Below, piece after piece: positions 22,944 through 36,633 of a stretch of 64,000 nucleotides of DNA. Both the position numbers and the translations under genes were made by a program. The stretch comes from an uncultured Alphaproteobacteria bacterium (GTDB lineage Bacteria > Pseudomonadota > Alphaproteobacteria > Rhodobacterales > Rhodobacteraceae), in assembly GCA_963749855.1 (NCBI GenBank), contig CAVVOC010000003.1, forward strand, positions 308,900 to 372,899, given 5' to 3'. Under the pieces are notes generated by a model that saw only the letters and a program-made list of their open reading frames with translations, searched no databases and had not been told where the DNA came from. Positions within the stretch are counted from its first letter, which is position 1; every line of letters begins with the position of its first letter.

Positions 22944-23623
22944 TTACGCCGCGCCCCTCGTCCGGTCAACCGGAAAGCGCCGCGCGAGGTCGGCCACGAT
23001 CCCCGCATCCAGCTCGTCCAGCGGCCCCGTGGCCCAGGGACGGAAGCGCAGCCGCACCGCCGACAGCAGCGCGGCATCGTCCACATCCGGATAGCCGAAG
23101 GTCCGCGCCGCCGCCCGGAACGCCCCCGGATCGCCCGGCCCACCCTCGGGCCAGACCGACAGCCCCGCCCAGCGCCAGCCGCCGCCAGTCGAACCGCGCG
23201 CCCGGATCGCCCTTGCGCCCGGGCGCCATGTCGGAATGCGCGATCACCCGCTCGGGCGGGATGTTCCAGCGCGCCATCACCTGCGCCAAGAGCCGCTCCA
23301 GCGCCGCCATCTGCGCTTCGGCAAAGGGCTCCGTCCCGCCATTCGCCAGTTCGATCCCGATGGAGCGCGAATTCACGTCCGCAACCCCGCCCCAGGCCCC
23401 CGCCCCGGCATGCCAGGCGCGCGCCTCTTCCGGGCACCAGCGACAGCACCTCGCCGGCCTCGGAAATCAGGTAGTGCGCCGACACCTCCGCCGCCGGATC
23501 GCACAGCCGCTCCAGCGCCGCCCCGCAGGAGGCCATCGCAGTGTAGTGGAGAACGATCAGGTCCGGCACCGCCCCGCCCCTCCGCTCGCCGAAATTCGGC
23601 GAGGGATGCGTCAGGCGCGCCAT
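22944..23623 (-). CDS. N-acetylmuramoyl-L-alanine amidase (Amidase_2), frameshifted
   Basis: SPNFGER, IVLHYT, VSAHYLI, NSRSIGIEL, HSDMAPGRKGDPG. Confidence 0.92.
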
Positions 23624-23627
23624 TGCC

Positions 23628-24405
23628 CTATTGCAGCGCGGCGCGGAACGGGCGCGGGTCCCAGGCGCAGGCGAAGCCGTCGCCGTCCGGGTCCAGCCCC
23701 TTGCGGGTCGCGCTTCGGCCCGCCCGAGTTCAGGAACGCCTCCTGCGCCAGGTCCGGCGAGCGATAGCGCTTGCAGGCCGCCTCGTAGGAGTTCAGCCGG
23801 ATGCCCGAGCGGCGAAAACATCTGCTCGCCCACGGCGTTCGTGGTGTCCAAGCGCGTATTCCACCAGCACGGGCTGGGTGTCGCCCTCGCGCGGCGGCAG
23901 GGCTGTCGGCTGCACCACCTGGTATTGCGCGCGCGTTGCGCGCGATCCGCTCCTTGTCGCTCTCGATGGTCTCGCGCTGCGACACGGCGTTGAAGTCCTG
24001 CTCGTCCGAAATGGCCGGCGAGCCGACGCCGGTCATCTCGCTCGTGGTCTCGGCGATCCCGGCGGGCGCGTTGCCGCGCGGCCGGTTCGCGTCTAGCGAA
24101 GCCGAGCCGCCGACCATCGCACCCGTGCCCGTCGCCGGAGAGAGCGGCGCAGGCGCGCCCGCGGGCGGCAGCGCCGTGCCCTGCTCCGCCGCGTCGATTG
24201 CGGCCCCCACGCGCGCCGGATCGAAGCCGGTCGCGGGGGGCACACCGCCCTGCGGCAGCGTCGAGGGTGGCGGAAGCCCGCGCAGTTGCGCGTCACGGTC
24301 GGCGGCGTAGCTCTGATAGCTGTCGAAGCCGACGCCGGTGTCGGTGCATTCGGGCGCGCAGGCGCCAAGCCCCAGAAGCACCACTGCCACAGCCGCAAAG
24401 CGCAT
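23628..24405 (-). CDS. Conserved hypothetical lipoprotein (frameshifted)
   Basis: Lipobox LGAC; ISDEQDF, AQEAFL..GGP.RD, DPDGDGFACAWDP. Confidence 0.75.
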
Positions 24406-24439
24406 CGTCAATCCCCGACCCATCCGTCAGCCGTCGCCC

Positions 24440-25929
24440 TTACCACCATTTCTCCGGCTTGGCCACAAAGCCCGCCGCCCGCTCCAGCACATAGGCGTGA
24501 TTGAGCAGGTCTCCCTCCTCCCAGGGCTTGCCGATCAGCTGCAGCCCCAGCGGCAGCCCCTTGCGGTCCAGCCCCACCGGCACGGCGATCCCCGGCAGGC
24601 CCGCCAGGTTCACCGTGACCGTGAACACGTCGTTCAGATACATCTCCACCGGGTCGGCATTGGCCATCTCGCCCAGGCCAAAGGCCGAGGACGGCGTGGC
24701 GGGTGTCAGGATCGCATCGACCCCAGCGGCGAAGACCTGCTCGAAATCGCGCTTGATCAGCGCGCGCACCTTGCGCGCGCGGTTGTAGTAGGCGTCGTAG
24801 AACCCGGCCGACAGCACATAGGTGCCGATCATCACCCGCCGCTGAACTTCCTTGCCGAAGCCCTCGGCGCGGGTCTTCTCGTACATCTCGGTGATGCCGT
24901 CGCCCTGCGACAGCTTGGCGCGGTGGCCATAGCGCACCCCGTCATAGCGCGCGAGGTTCGAGGACGCCTCGGCGGGTGCGATCACGTAATAGGCGGGCAG
25001 CGCGTATTTCGTGTGCGGCAGGCTGATATCGACGATCTTGGCGCCCGCATCCTTCAGCATCGCCGTGCCGTCGGCCCAGAGCGTCTCGATCTCTTCCGGC
25101 ATCCCGTCCATCCGGTATTCCTTCGGAATGCCGATGGTCTTGCCCCGGATGTCGCCGGTCAGCGCCGCCTCGAAATCCGGCACGGGCAGGTCGGCGAGGT
25201 CGAATCCTTCGGGTCATGGCCCGCCATCGCCGCCCAGCAGGATCGCCGCGTCGCGCACCGACTTGGTCATCGGCCCCGCCTGATCGAGCGACGAGGCGAA
25301 GGCCACGATGCCCCAGCGGCTGACGCGGCCATAGGTCGGCTTGATCCCGGTGATCCCGACGAAGGCCGCCGGCTGGCGGATCGACCCGCCGGTGTCGGTC
25401 CCGGTCGCCGCCAGGCAGAGGTCCGCCGCCACCGCCGCCGCCGACCCGCCCGACGAGCCGCCCGGCGTCAGCGCCGTCTCATCGTTCCCGCGCCGCCAGG
25501 GGTTCACCGCATTGCCGTAGCACGAGGTCTCGTTGCTGGAGCCCATGGCGAATTCGTCCATGTTCAGCTTGCCCAGCATCACCGCGCCCGCGTCGAACAG
25601 CTGTTGCGTCACGGTGGATTCGTATTCCGGGCGGAAGCCCCTGAGGATGTTCGACGCCGCCTGCGACGGCACGCCCTTGGTGCAGAACAGGTCCTTGATC
25701 CCCAGCGGAATCCCGCAGAGCGACGGGTGCATCCCCCGCCTTCAGCCGCGCATCCGCCGCCCGCGCCTGCGCCAAGCGCGATGTCCGGCGTCTTGTGGAC
25801 AAAGGCGTTCAGCGCGTCACCCGCATCCATCGCCGTCAGGCAGGCCATGGTCAGGTCGACCGCCGAAAGCTCGCCCTTGCGCAGCGCGTCGCGCGCCGCC
25901 GCAATCGTCAGACCGTTCGCCCCACTCAT
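24440..25929 (-). CDS. gatA: Asp/Glu-tRNA amidotransferase subunit A (frameshifted)
   Basis: [46 protein letters not shown]. Confidence 0.97.
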
Positions 25930-26213
25930 TCCACCACCTTCGGCACCGCAAAGAACCCCTCGCGCGCATCCGGCGCGTTCTTCAGGATCGCGGCCTGGAT
26001 ATTCCCGTCCGTCACCACATCCGCCCGACGCTTCAGGCGCATCGGCGTGACGCTCGTCATCGGCTCGACGCCCGTCACGTCCACCTCGTTCAGCTGCTCC
26101 ATGAAGGTCAGGATGCCCGACAACTCGCCCGCCAGCGCGGGCAGGTCGGCCTCCTCGACCCGGATGCGGGCCAGCTTCGCCACCTTGCGGGCGGTGTCGA
26201 TGTCGATGGACAT
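25926..26213 (-). CDS. gatC: Asp/Glu-tRNA amidotransferase subunit C
   Basis: [31 protein letters not shown]. Confidence 0.97.
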   Translation of the reverse strand: MSIDIDTARKVAKLARIRVEEADLPALAGELSGILTFMEQLNEVDVTGVEPMTSVTPMRLKRRADVVTDGNIQAAILKNAPDAREGFFAVPKVVE

Positions 26214-26314
26214 GGGAAACCCTTCAGCGAAAAGATCGGCTCCGTTTAGCGAGGCAGGGCAGAGGCTGCAAGCGGGATGGGCAGGGCGCGAGGGTCGGGC
26301 CGCGGAGGCGGGCC

Positions 26315-26941
26315 CTAGCGTTCTGTCGCACCCTTCCCGGCAAGGATGCGGTCACGGAACCGCGCGATCCGCGCCCGGCGCGTTGCCTCGGTCTTGGCCG
26401 AGGCCAGCGCGATCACATAGCTGCGCTGGCGTCCGGGGGTCAGAGCGTGAAACGCCTCGGCCAGTTCCGGATCGTCGTCCAGCGCGCCAAGCAGGTCGTC
26501 GGGCAACTCCACCTCACGCGCCTCGGCGGGGGGCAATACCCCGGCCTCGGCATAACCCTTGGCCTCGGCCAGATAGGCGCGGATGGTCGCTTGCCGTGCT
26601 GTGACCTCGGTGAGGTCACGAAACCGCAGCATGTCGGGGTGGCGCGTGTTTGGCCCCTGCCTCTCCAGCAGGCCATCGGGATCCGTCATCAGCGCGGCAT
26701 GGAAGAATGTCAGCCGGAAATCGCCCCGCAGCGCGCCGATGATCGCGACGTTCCGGCCCGCGTGCATGTAGCAGGGATGTCCCCATTTCACCGTCTCGAC
26801 CAGCCCCGCCTCGCGGCAGAGGCGGCGCAACTCGGCCAGCCCTGGTGACCAGAGCCGCGCTGCGCAGTCAGCGGTCGCGAACCGGTCACATCGTCCGCAG
26901 CCCTTGGTGAAGTAGTCCTCGATGTCGGTGATCATCGCCAT
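26315..26941 (-). CDS. YdeI/OmpD-associated family protein
   Basis: ETVKWGHPCY, FHALTPGRQRSY, AKTEATRRARI. Confidence 0.88.
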   Translation of the reverse strand: MAMITDIEDYFTKGCGRCDRFATADCAARLWSPGLAELRRLCREAGLVETVKWGHPCYMHAGRNVAIIGALRGDFRLTFFHAALMTDPDGLLERQGPNTRHPDMLRFRDLTEVTARQATIRAYLAEAKGYAEAGVLPPAEAREVELPDDLLGALDDDPELAEAFHALTPGRQRSYVIALASAKTEATRRARIARFRDRILAGKGATER

Positions 26942-27034
26942 GCCGGGCCTCCCGATAGAGGGAGCCTACGCGATGCGCCGTCCACCACAATCCTTTCCCT
27001 TGCCCCCGCCCTCCACATCGCGATGCTGGCCCGC

Positions 27035-27766
27035 ATGACCCCGCTGCCCCAGCCCCGCATCGCCCTCGTCGACATTGCCCGCACCGCCGCCCTGCTTGGG
27101 ATGGCGGCATTTCACTTCACCTTCGACCTCGAGATGTTCGGCTTCCTGCCACCCGGCACGGTCGCGATGCCCGGCCCATGGGCCTATTTCGCGCGGCTGG
27201 TGGCGGGCAGCTTCATCTTCCTCGCGGGGGTCAGCCTCGTCCTTGCCCATGGTGACGGCATCCGCTGGCGTTCCTTCCTGCGCCGCCTCGCGGTGCTGGT
27301 CGCCGCCGCGCTCGCGATCACCGTCGGCACCTATGCCGTCATGCCCGACGCGTTCGTCTTCTTCGGCATCCTCCACGCCATCGCCGCCTTCAGCGTGATC
27401 GGCCTGATGTTCCTGCGCCTGCCGCCGCTCGTCACGCTCGTCGTGGCCGCTGCCGTCTTCACGCTGCCCTGGGTCTGGACGCACCCCGTCTTCCAGGCCC
27501 CTGCCCTGCTCTGGCTGGGTCTCGCCCCCGTCCCGCCCCGCGCGATGGATTTCGAACCGCTCTTCCCCTGGCTCGCCCCCTTCCTGACCGGCATGGCGCT
27601 GACGAAGGCGGCGAAAGCGTCGTCCCTCTGGCCCATCCTCAGCCGCCCCTCCGGTCCGATGCTTCACCGCCTGACCTGGCCGGGACGCCACAGCCTTGTC
27701 GTCTATCTGGTGCACCAGCCGATCCTGATCGGCCTCGTCTGGGTCATGGCGCAACTGGCGCGCTGA
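27035..27766 (+). CDS. DUF1624 / HGSNAT-like membrane acyltransferase
   Basis: DIARTAALLGM..FH, FFGILH, DFEPLFPW, GRHSLVVYLVHQP. Confidence 0.85.
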   Translation: MTPLPQPRIALVDIARTAALLGMAAFHFTFDLEMFGFLPPGTVAMPGPWAYFARLVAGSFIFLAGVSLVLAHGDGIRWRSFLRRLAVLVAAALAITVGTYAVMPDAFVFFGILHAIAAFSVIGLMFLRLPPLVTLVVAAAVFTLPWVWTHPVFQAPALLWLGLAPVPPRAMDFEPLFPWLAPFLTGMALTKAAKASSLWPILSRPSGPMLHRLTWPGRHSLVVYLVHQPILIGLVWVMAQLAR

Positions 27767-28402
27767 TGCGGCGCATGTGGCGGACATAGACCACGATCAT
27801 CCATCCCAGCATGATCCCGTTCAGCACATGCCAAAGGAAATGCGTTCCCAGCGGCAAAGCGGCGCAGATCGGACCGTCCAGCGTCCGGAACAGCAGTGAG
27901 ACGAGAAGGATGCCCGCCCCGATCGCCAGCCCCCGCGCCGTCTCGGGCACCCGCCGCCGCAAGAGCCAGGCATAGGCAAGGATCAGCACCGGCACCGGCA
28001 TGTAGCCCGCCGACGAACCCAGCCCCGGCACCATCGACCAGAGCGGCACTGTCGCCGCCGCATAGGGCAGGAAGGCCACCATCGCCACACCCGCCTGCCA
28101 CCCCTTCAGCCCCAGCATGTCCCGGCTCGCCGCAAAGACATAGAGCAGGATGAACCCCAGGATCGGCGCCACGTCCAGCAGCCCGGTCAGCCGGTTCGCA
28201 AGGTGTGGAACAGGAACGACCCCAGCCCGATCACCCCCAGCATCACCGCCATCGCCCGCGCCAGAGGCAGCCCCGCCGTGCGCGGCCAGGCCCAGAGCGC
28301 CGCGATCAGGAAGGCCGCGTTGGTGACAGCGTTCACCGGCTCGGCCCAGAAGCCCGGCCCCAGCCGCTCGCAATAGCCGTCCACCTGTTCGAACCAGCCC
28401 AT
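27744..28402 (-). CDS. Ceramidase-domain (CREST) membrane hydrolase, frameshift near 28200
   Basis: YCER, AEPVNAVTN, GSFLFH, GTHFLWH. Confidence 0.82.
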
Positions 28403-28458
28403 TTCCTTCTCCGCTCCAGCGCCTAGAACCTGACCTAGTCAATAAAGGAGACGCCGCC

Positions 28459-29155
28459 ATGAAAATCATCTGGCTTGGCCATTCGGGCTTCCGCATCGAG
28501 ATCGAAGAGGCCGTCCTGCTGATCGACCCCTGGCTCGACGGCAACCCGATGTTCCCCGCCGACCGCCGCGCCGAGGCGCTGGAGGGCGCGACCCATGTGC
28601 TGCTGACCCACGGGCATGGCGACCACGCCGGCAGCGCCGCCGCCATCTGCAAGGAAAAGGGCCTGCCCCTCGTCGGCATCTACGACCTCGTCTCGTGGTA
28701 TCAGGCGCGCGAGGGGGTCGAGGCGCTCGGCTTCAACAAGGGCGGCACGGTCACGCTCGGCGGCGCACAGGTCACGATGGTCAACGCCAGCCATTCCTCT
28801 TCTGTCGCGGGCCCGGACGGCCCGGTGGCGACGGGCTCCGAGGCGGGCTTCATGATCGCGGGCGAGGGCCACACGATCTATGTTTCGGGCGATACCGACA
28901 TCATGGCCGACATGGCCTGGATGGCGCGAACTGCACCAGCCCGACATCGGCATCCTCTCGGCGGGCGGACATTACACGATGGACATGGCACGCGCCGCCT
29001 GGGCCGCGCGGAAGTATTTCAACTTCACCACCGTCATCCCCTGCCACTACCGCACCTTCTCGGCGCTGGAGCAGAACGCCGATGCGCTGCGCCGTGGCCT
29101 GCCCCCGGGCATCACCGTGATCGAACCCGAGGTGCTGGAGGCGATCATCATCTGA
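28459..29155 (+). CDS. Metal-dependent hydrolase (MBL fold, UPF0173-like)
   Basis: WLGHS, IDPW, THGHGDH, SGDT, PCHY; frameshift near 28925. Confidence 0.9.
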
Positions 29156-29182
29156 TCGCAGGCCCTTGAAGGCAGGACGCCC

Positions 29183-30900
<1,718 letters not shown>

Positions 30901-30983
30901 TCAAGCGGCTGGCATGGCGTTTCTGCTTCGCCTATAGTCCGGAAGCGGTTTGGAAACGATGCGGCGGATCGAGCGAGGGGCGC

Positions 30984-31071
30984 ATGGCGGACACCGGGCT
31001 TCAGAAGGTGGCCTTCTTCCTGCTGCTCGGCGCTGATCGTCTATGTGGCGGCCTCTGGCGGGGGCGTGTGA
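30984..31071 (+). CDS. Putative single-TM small protein of about 28 aa
   Basis: RBS GAGGGG; MADTGLQKVAFFLLL(A)LIVYVAASGGGV if one inserted base is assumed; its stop overlaps the next ATG. Confidence 0.45.
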
Positions 31072-32008
31072 TGGCGCAACGCTACGGCGGCAAGCACAGC
31101 CCCGTCCCGCAAGACCGCAGGACGGCCGCCCCGCTTCCGCACCGGCCCGTTCCAGGGCAAGCGCCGCTCCCGCGCGGGCGGGCGGGTCAACCTGCTGTTC
31201 GCCGCGCCCTGCTCTTTTCGTCCTGCGCGCCTTCACCGGCGATCCGACCGGGCTTGCGCTGAACCTCGCGGCCTTCGCGCTGCTGATCGCCGCCGCCTTC
31301 CTGACGCGCGAGGGCATTCTGGCGCAGGAAGCCTACGATGCGCGCAAGATCGCCAAGCGCCCGGCCATCCCGCGCAAGCTGTTCGGCTCGGTCCTGACCG
31401 GGGCGGGCCTGTTCGTGGGCGGGCTGGTCGCCGCGCCGAGCCTGCTCAATCCCATCCTCTTCGGCGTCATCGGCGTGGTGCTGCACTACCTCTCCTTCGG
31501 TCCCGACCCGATGCGCGACAAGGGGGCCGAGGGTCTGGACAGCTTCCAGACCGACCGCGTCGCCCGCGCCGTGGACGAGGCCGAGAAGCACCTCGCCGCG
31601 ATGAAGGACGCGATCCTGCGCGCCGGCGACCGCACGCTCGAGGCGCGGGTCGACCGTTTCGCGGCCACCGCCCGCATCGCTGTTCCGCACCATCGAGGGC
31701 GATCCGCGCGACCTGACGGCGGCGCGCAAGGATATCGGCGTGTTCCTGATGGGCGCGCGCGATGCGACCGTGAAGTTCGCCGACCTCTACGCCCAGACCC
31801 GCAGCGCCAAGGCGCGCGCCGACTACGAACAGCTTCTGAGCGACCTCGAAACCCATTTCGCGAACCGCAAGGAGGCGCTGCTGTCCAACGACCATTCCGA
31901 CCTCGACATCGAAATCGAGGTCCTGCGCGAGCGTCTGATGCTCGAAGGCACCGCGCGACCTGCGCCGATCCCATTTCCGCCACCCCGACCCGCATCAAGG
32001 GAGACTGA
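31071..32008 (+). CDS. XpaC-like (5-bromo-4-chloroindolyl phosphate hydrolysis family) protein, frameshifted
   Basis: TM region then helical domain DPRDLTAARK..GARDATVKFADLY, DLDIEIEVLRERL; directly upstream of telA. Confidence 0.8.
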
Positions 32009-32011
32009 TCC

Positions 32012-33191
32012 ATGTCCGACACCACCCGCGCCCAGGCCCAAGCCGCCCTCGCCGCCGCCGAAGAAGTGACGGCCACGCTGCTGCCTCTGCCCGCGAACGA
32101 GGTCGTGCCCCTCGACGCCGCCCCCGCCCCCAAGGCCGAGGCGATCCGCAAGCGGATGGCCGAACTCGACCTGACCAACACCCAGTCGATCATCGCCTTC
32201 GGCTCTTCCGCCCAGTCGGAGCTTCAGGTCATCAGCCAGTCGATGCTGGCCGATGTGACGCAACAAGGATGTGGGCCCGGCGGGCGATGCGCTGCGCAAG
32301 ATCGTCAGCACCCTGCGCGGCTTCTCCTCGGAAGAGCTGGACGTGCGGCGCGAGAAAAGCTGGTGGGAATGGCTGACCGGCCAGGCCGCGCCCTTTGCCG
32401 AGTTCGTGGCGAAGTTCGAGAAGGTGCAGGAACCAGATCGACAAGGTCACCGACGAACTGCTGACGCACGAGCACAAGCTGCTGAAGGACATCAAGTCGC
32501 TCGACCTGCTCTATGGCAAGACGCTGAACTTCTACGACGAACTCGCGCTCTACATCGCCGCGGGCGAGGCCAAGCTGGAAGAGATCGACACCACCCTCAT
32601 CCCCGCCCGCGAGGCCGCCGTGCAGGCCGCGCCCGAGACCGATCAGGTGATGCGCGCGCAGGAACTGCGCGACCTGCGCGCCGCGCGCGACGATCTGGAA
32701 CGCCGGGTGCACGACCTGAAGCTGACCCGCCAGGTCACGATGCAGTCGCTGCCCTCGATCCGGCTGGTGCAGGAGAACGACAAGAGCCTGGTCACCAAGA
32801 TCAACTCCACCCTCGTCAACACCGTGCCGCTTTGGGAAACCCAACTGGCGCAGGCCGTCACCATCCAGCGCTCGCGCGAGGCGGCCGAGGCGGTGAAGGA
32901 GGCCAACGACCTGACCAACGACCTGCTGCGCTCGAACGCCGACAACCTGCGCGAGTCGAACCGCGTGGTGCGCGAGGAGATGGAGCGCGGCGTCTTCGAC
33001 ATCGAGGCGGTGAAGCACGCCAATGCCACCCTGATCGCCACCATCGAGGATAGCCTCCAGATCGCCGACGAGGGCAAGGCCCGCCGCGCCGCCGCCGAGG
33101 CCGAACTGGTCAAGATGGAGGCCGAGCTGCGCGACACGCTCGCCGGCCGCCCGCGCGCGCCGTCCCGCGCCGCCCGCCACCGCAGGCCTGA
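32012..33191 (+). CDS. telA: Toxic anion resistance protein (TelA/YaaN), frameshifted
   Basis: SIIAFGSSAQ, LERRVHDLKL, PSIRLVQEND..LV.KI, NTVPLWETQL. Confidence 0.9.
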
Positions 33192-33209
33192 GGAGGCGAC
33201 GCCGCCACC

Positions 33210-34171
33210 ATGCCCGGCTTCCGCGCGCACCTGTTCCGCGTGCCCCTCGTCATGCTGCTGGCGGGGCTGTCGGCCTGCGCGCCGATCGTGACCGATGCGC
33301 CCCCCGCCCCGCCGGACAGGCCCCGAAGGTCGAAGCAGCCTGCCCCGCCGCCGCCCTCCGCTGCCAGCGAGGCTGCGCGCCAGCACTATGCCAAGGTGCA
33401 GGCCGACCTTCTGTCGCGTGGCCTGATGCGCACCGATGGCGGGCACCGACGACGCGCCCTTCACCGACACGATGCTGGCCGAGAACTTCATCCGCATCGC
33501 GCTTTACGACGAATACACCCGATCGTCGCAGGGCCTGGTCGCGCAGCCCACGCGAAAGCCGCCTGCGCCGCTGGGAACAGCCCGTCCGCGTCGGCCTGCG
33601 CTTCGGCGCCTCGGTCCCGCCCGAGCGTCAGGCCACCGACCGCGCCCGCATCGCCTCGTTCCTCGCGCGGCTTGCAGCGGATCAGCGGGCATCCGATCCG
33701 GCTGTCGGACAGCGCGCCCAACTTCTTCGTCTACATCGTGAACGAGGACGAACGCCGCGCCCTTGGCCCGGTCGATCCGCGCCGCCCTGCCCGGCCTGTC
33801 GCCCGACCGACGTGGCGGGCATCACCGACATGCCGCGCTCCACCTACTGCCTCGTCTATGCGCTGTCCGCCGGGCAGGGCAGCACCTACACCACCGCCTT
33901 CGCGGTGATCCGGGCCGAACATCCCGACCTGATGCGCCTGTCCTGCATCCACGAAGAGATCACGCAGGGCCTGGGCCTTGCCAATGACAGCCCGCTCGCC
34001 CGCCCGTCGATCTTCAACGACGACGAGGAATTCGCGCTGCTGACGCCGATGGACGAGCTGATGCTGAAGATGCTCTACAGCCCCGCGCCTCGTCCACCGG
34101 CATGACCGAGGCCGAGGCCCGCCCCATCGTCTTCCCGCTTGCCACCGCCGCTGATGGGTGGCGAAAGCTGA
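33210..34171 (+). CDS. DUF2927 domain lipoprotein (frameshifted)
   Basis: Lipobox LSAC; CIHEEITQGLGLANDS..RPSIFNDDEEF. Confidence 0.85.
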
Positions 34172-34197
34172 CACCTCGACCATATTGGAGGACGACC

Positions 34198-35282
34198 ATG
34201 ATCTTCGATTTTCTCAAAGGCGAATTCATCGACGTCATCTCCTGGACGGATGACACCCGCGACACGATGGTCTGGCGGTTCGAGCGCCGGGGCAACGCGA
34301 TCAAGTACGGCGCCAAGCTGACCGTGCGCGAAGGCCAGGCGGCGGTCTTCATCCACGAGGGGCAGCTGGCCGACGTGTTCGGCCCCGGCCTCTACATGCT
34401 GGAAACCAACAACCTGCCGATCCTGACCACGCTTCAGCACTGGGATCACGGCTTCCAGTCGCCGTTCAAGTCCGAGATCTATTTCGTCAACACCACCCGC
34501 TTCAACGACCTGAAATGGGGCACCAAGAACCCCATCATGACCCGCGATCCCGAATTCGGCCCGGTCCGCCTGCGCGCCTTCGGCACCTATTCGATGCGCG
34601 TCATCGACCCCGGCAAGTTCATGACCGAGATCGTCGGCACCGATGGCGAGTTCACCGCGGACGAGATCAGCTTCCAGATCCGCAACGTCATCCTGCAGGA
34701 GGTCAGCCGCGTGCTCGCCTCGTCGAACATCCCCGTGCTCGACATGGCGGCGAACACCAAGGACCTGGGCAAGCTGATCACCACCGCCATCGCGCCCCAG
34801 ATCGCCGAATACGGCCTCGCCCTGCCCGAGTTCTACATCGAGAACATCTCGCTGCCCGAAGAGGTCGAAAAGGTGCTCGACAAGCGCACCTCGGCGGGCG
34901 TCGCGGGCGATCTGAAGAAGTACATGGATTTCAACACCGCCGAGGCGATGGGCAACCCCGCCAGCGCCGCCGGTCAGGCGATGGCCACCGGCATGGGCGC
35001 GGCCATCGGCATGGGCATGGCGACGCAGTCCGGCCCCTGGGGCGCCGCGCCCGCCGCCGCCGCCGCCGCCACCGCGCCGAAGGACCGCTCTGGCACGTGG
35101 CCGAGAACGGCGCGGCCACCGGCCCCTTCCCGCAGGCCACGCTCGTGGCCATGGCGGGCGCGGGCACGCTGACGCCGGCCAGCCTCGTCTGGACCGCCGG
35201 TCAGTCCGGCTGGCTGCCCGCCTCCGATACCGCACTCGCGCCGCTCTTCGCGCAGCTTCCGCCGCCGCTGCCCGGGACGTAA
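34198..35282 (+). CDS. SPFH domain protein (YdjI-like) with C-terminal GYF_2-like domain
   Basis: LTVREGQAAVF, PFKSEIYF, KWGTKNP, VRLRAFGTY; C-terminal WHVA..GPF..LVWTAG..W..A..PPPLP. Confidence 0.88.
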
Positions 35283-35285
35283 CCC

Positions 35286-36503
35286 TTGGCCGAGCCTGCC
35301 GAGCGCCACTGGCCCTGCGACAGCTGCGGGGCCGATCTCCGCTTCGCGCCGGGCCAGACGCAGCTGGTCTGCGCCCATTGCGGCCATGTGCAGGCAGATC
35401 CCGCAGGCGGCCCCGCGACCCGCGGCCCGCGCGCTGCGCGAGCTCGACCTTGCCTCGGGCCTGCGCGACGATCTGCCCGCCGGCGCGATGGAAGAGGTCC
35501 GCACCGCCACCTGCCGCAACTGCGGCGCGACGCTCGAATTCGACGGCGCGACCTTCGCCACCGAATGCCCGTTCTGCGCCTCGCCCGTCGTCACCGACAC
35601 CGGCGCGCAGCGGCTGATCAAGCCGCAGGCGCGTCGTGCCCTTCCGCCTGACCGAAAAGCAGGCGCGCGCCGCGATGACAAACTGGCTTGGCAGTCTCTG
35701 GTTCGCGCCCTCGGGGCTTGTCGAATACACGCGCAAGGGTCGCGCGCTGAACGGGATGTATGTGCCCTACTGGACCTTCGATGCCGACACCCGCTCGCGC
35801 TATCGCGGCCAGCGCGGCGTCTACTACTACGAGACCCAGACGGTCACCGTGAACGTCAACGGCCGCGCGCGAGCGCGCCAGCAGCAGGTCCGCCGCACCC
35901 GCTGGTATCCTGCCTCGGGCGCCGTCGCGCGCCGCTTCGACGATGTGCTCGTCACGGCCTCGGCCAGCCTGCCCCAGCCCTTTGGCGACGAGCTGACGCC
36001 GTGGGACCTTGGCGCGCTGGTGCCCTACCAGCCCGACTACCTCGCCGGGTTCCGGGCCGAGGGCTACACCGTCCCGCTGGCCGAGGGCCACAAGACCGCC
36101 CGCGCCAGCGCATGGCGGCCGTCATCGCCCGCGACGTGGCCAGCGACATCGGCGGCGACGAGCAGCGGATCGAGGCGATCGACACCCAGCATTCGGCCGA
36201 GACCTTCAAGCACATCCTGCTGCCGGTCTGGACCGCCGCCTACAAGTACAACGGCAAGAGCTATCTCTTCCTCGTCAACGGCCAGACGGGCGAGGTGCAG
36301 GGCGAACGCCCCTGGTCCATCTGGAAGATCCTTCTCGCCGTGCTGCTCGCGGCACTTGCTTGTCGGGAGCGGCGGCCTTCGTCGCCGAGGAAAGCGGTGC
36401 AATCCGCTTCGACGGCGGGTCGATCGAGTTCGGCGGCCCGGCCTTCGACGACAGCACAACGATCGGCCTGGCCAGGATCGCCCGAAGAGATGCCTGGGGC
36501 TGA
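35286..36503 (+). CDS. Zinc-ribbon membrane-anchored protein (YdjG-like), frameshifted
   Basis: CDSCGA, CAHCG, CRNCGA, CPFCA; YVPYWTFD, LLPVW, NGQTGEVQGERP, then a TM helix. Confidence 0.8.
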
Positions 36504-36633
36504 CCGATCACCAAGGCGACCCAAGGCCGCTCTGCGAGCCGCCTAAATCCAGAAGCGACCGGATTGACGACACGCCACCAAGGCGCTGCCCCCCGGCCTC
36601 CCCCCTTACGATCCCGGCGGAAGACGCCCGCCG

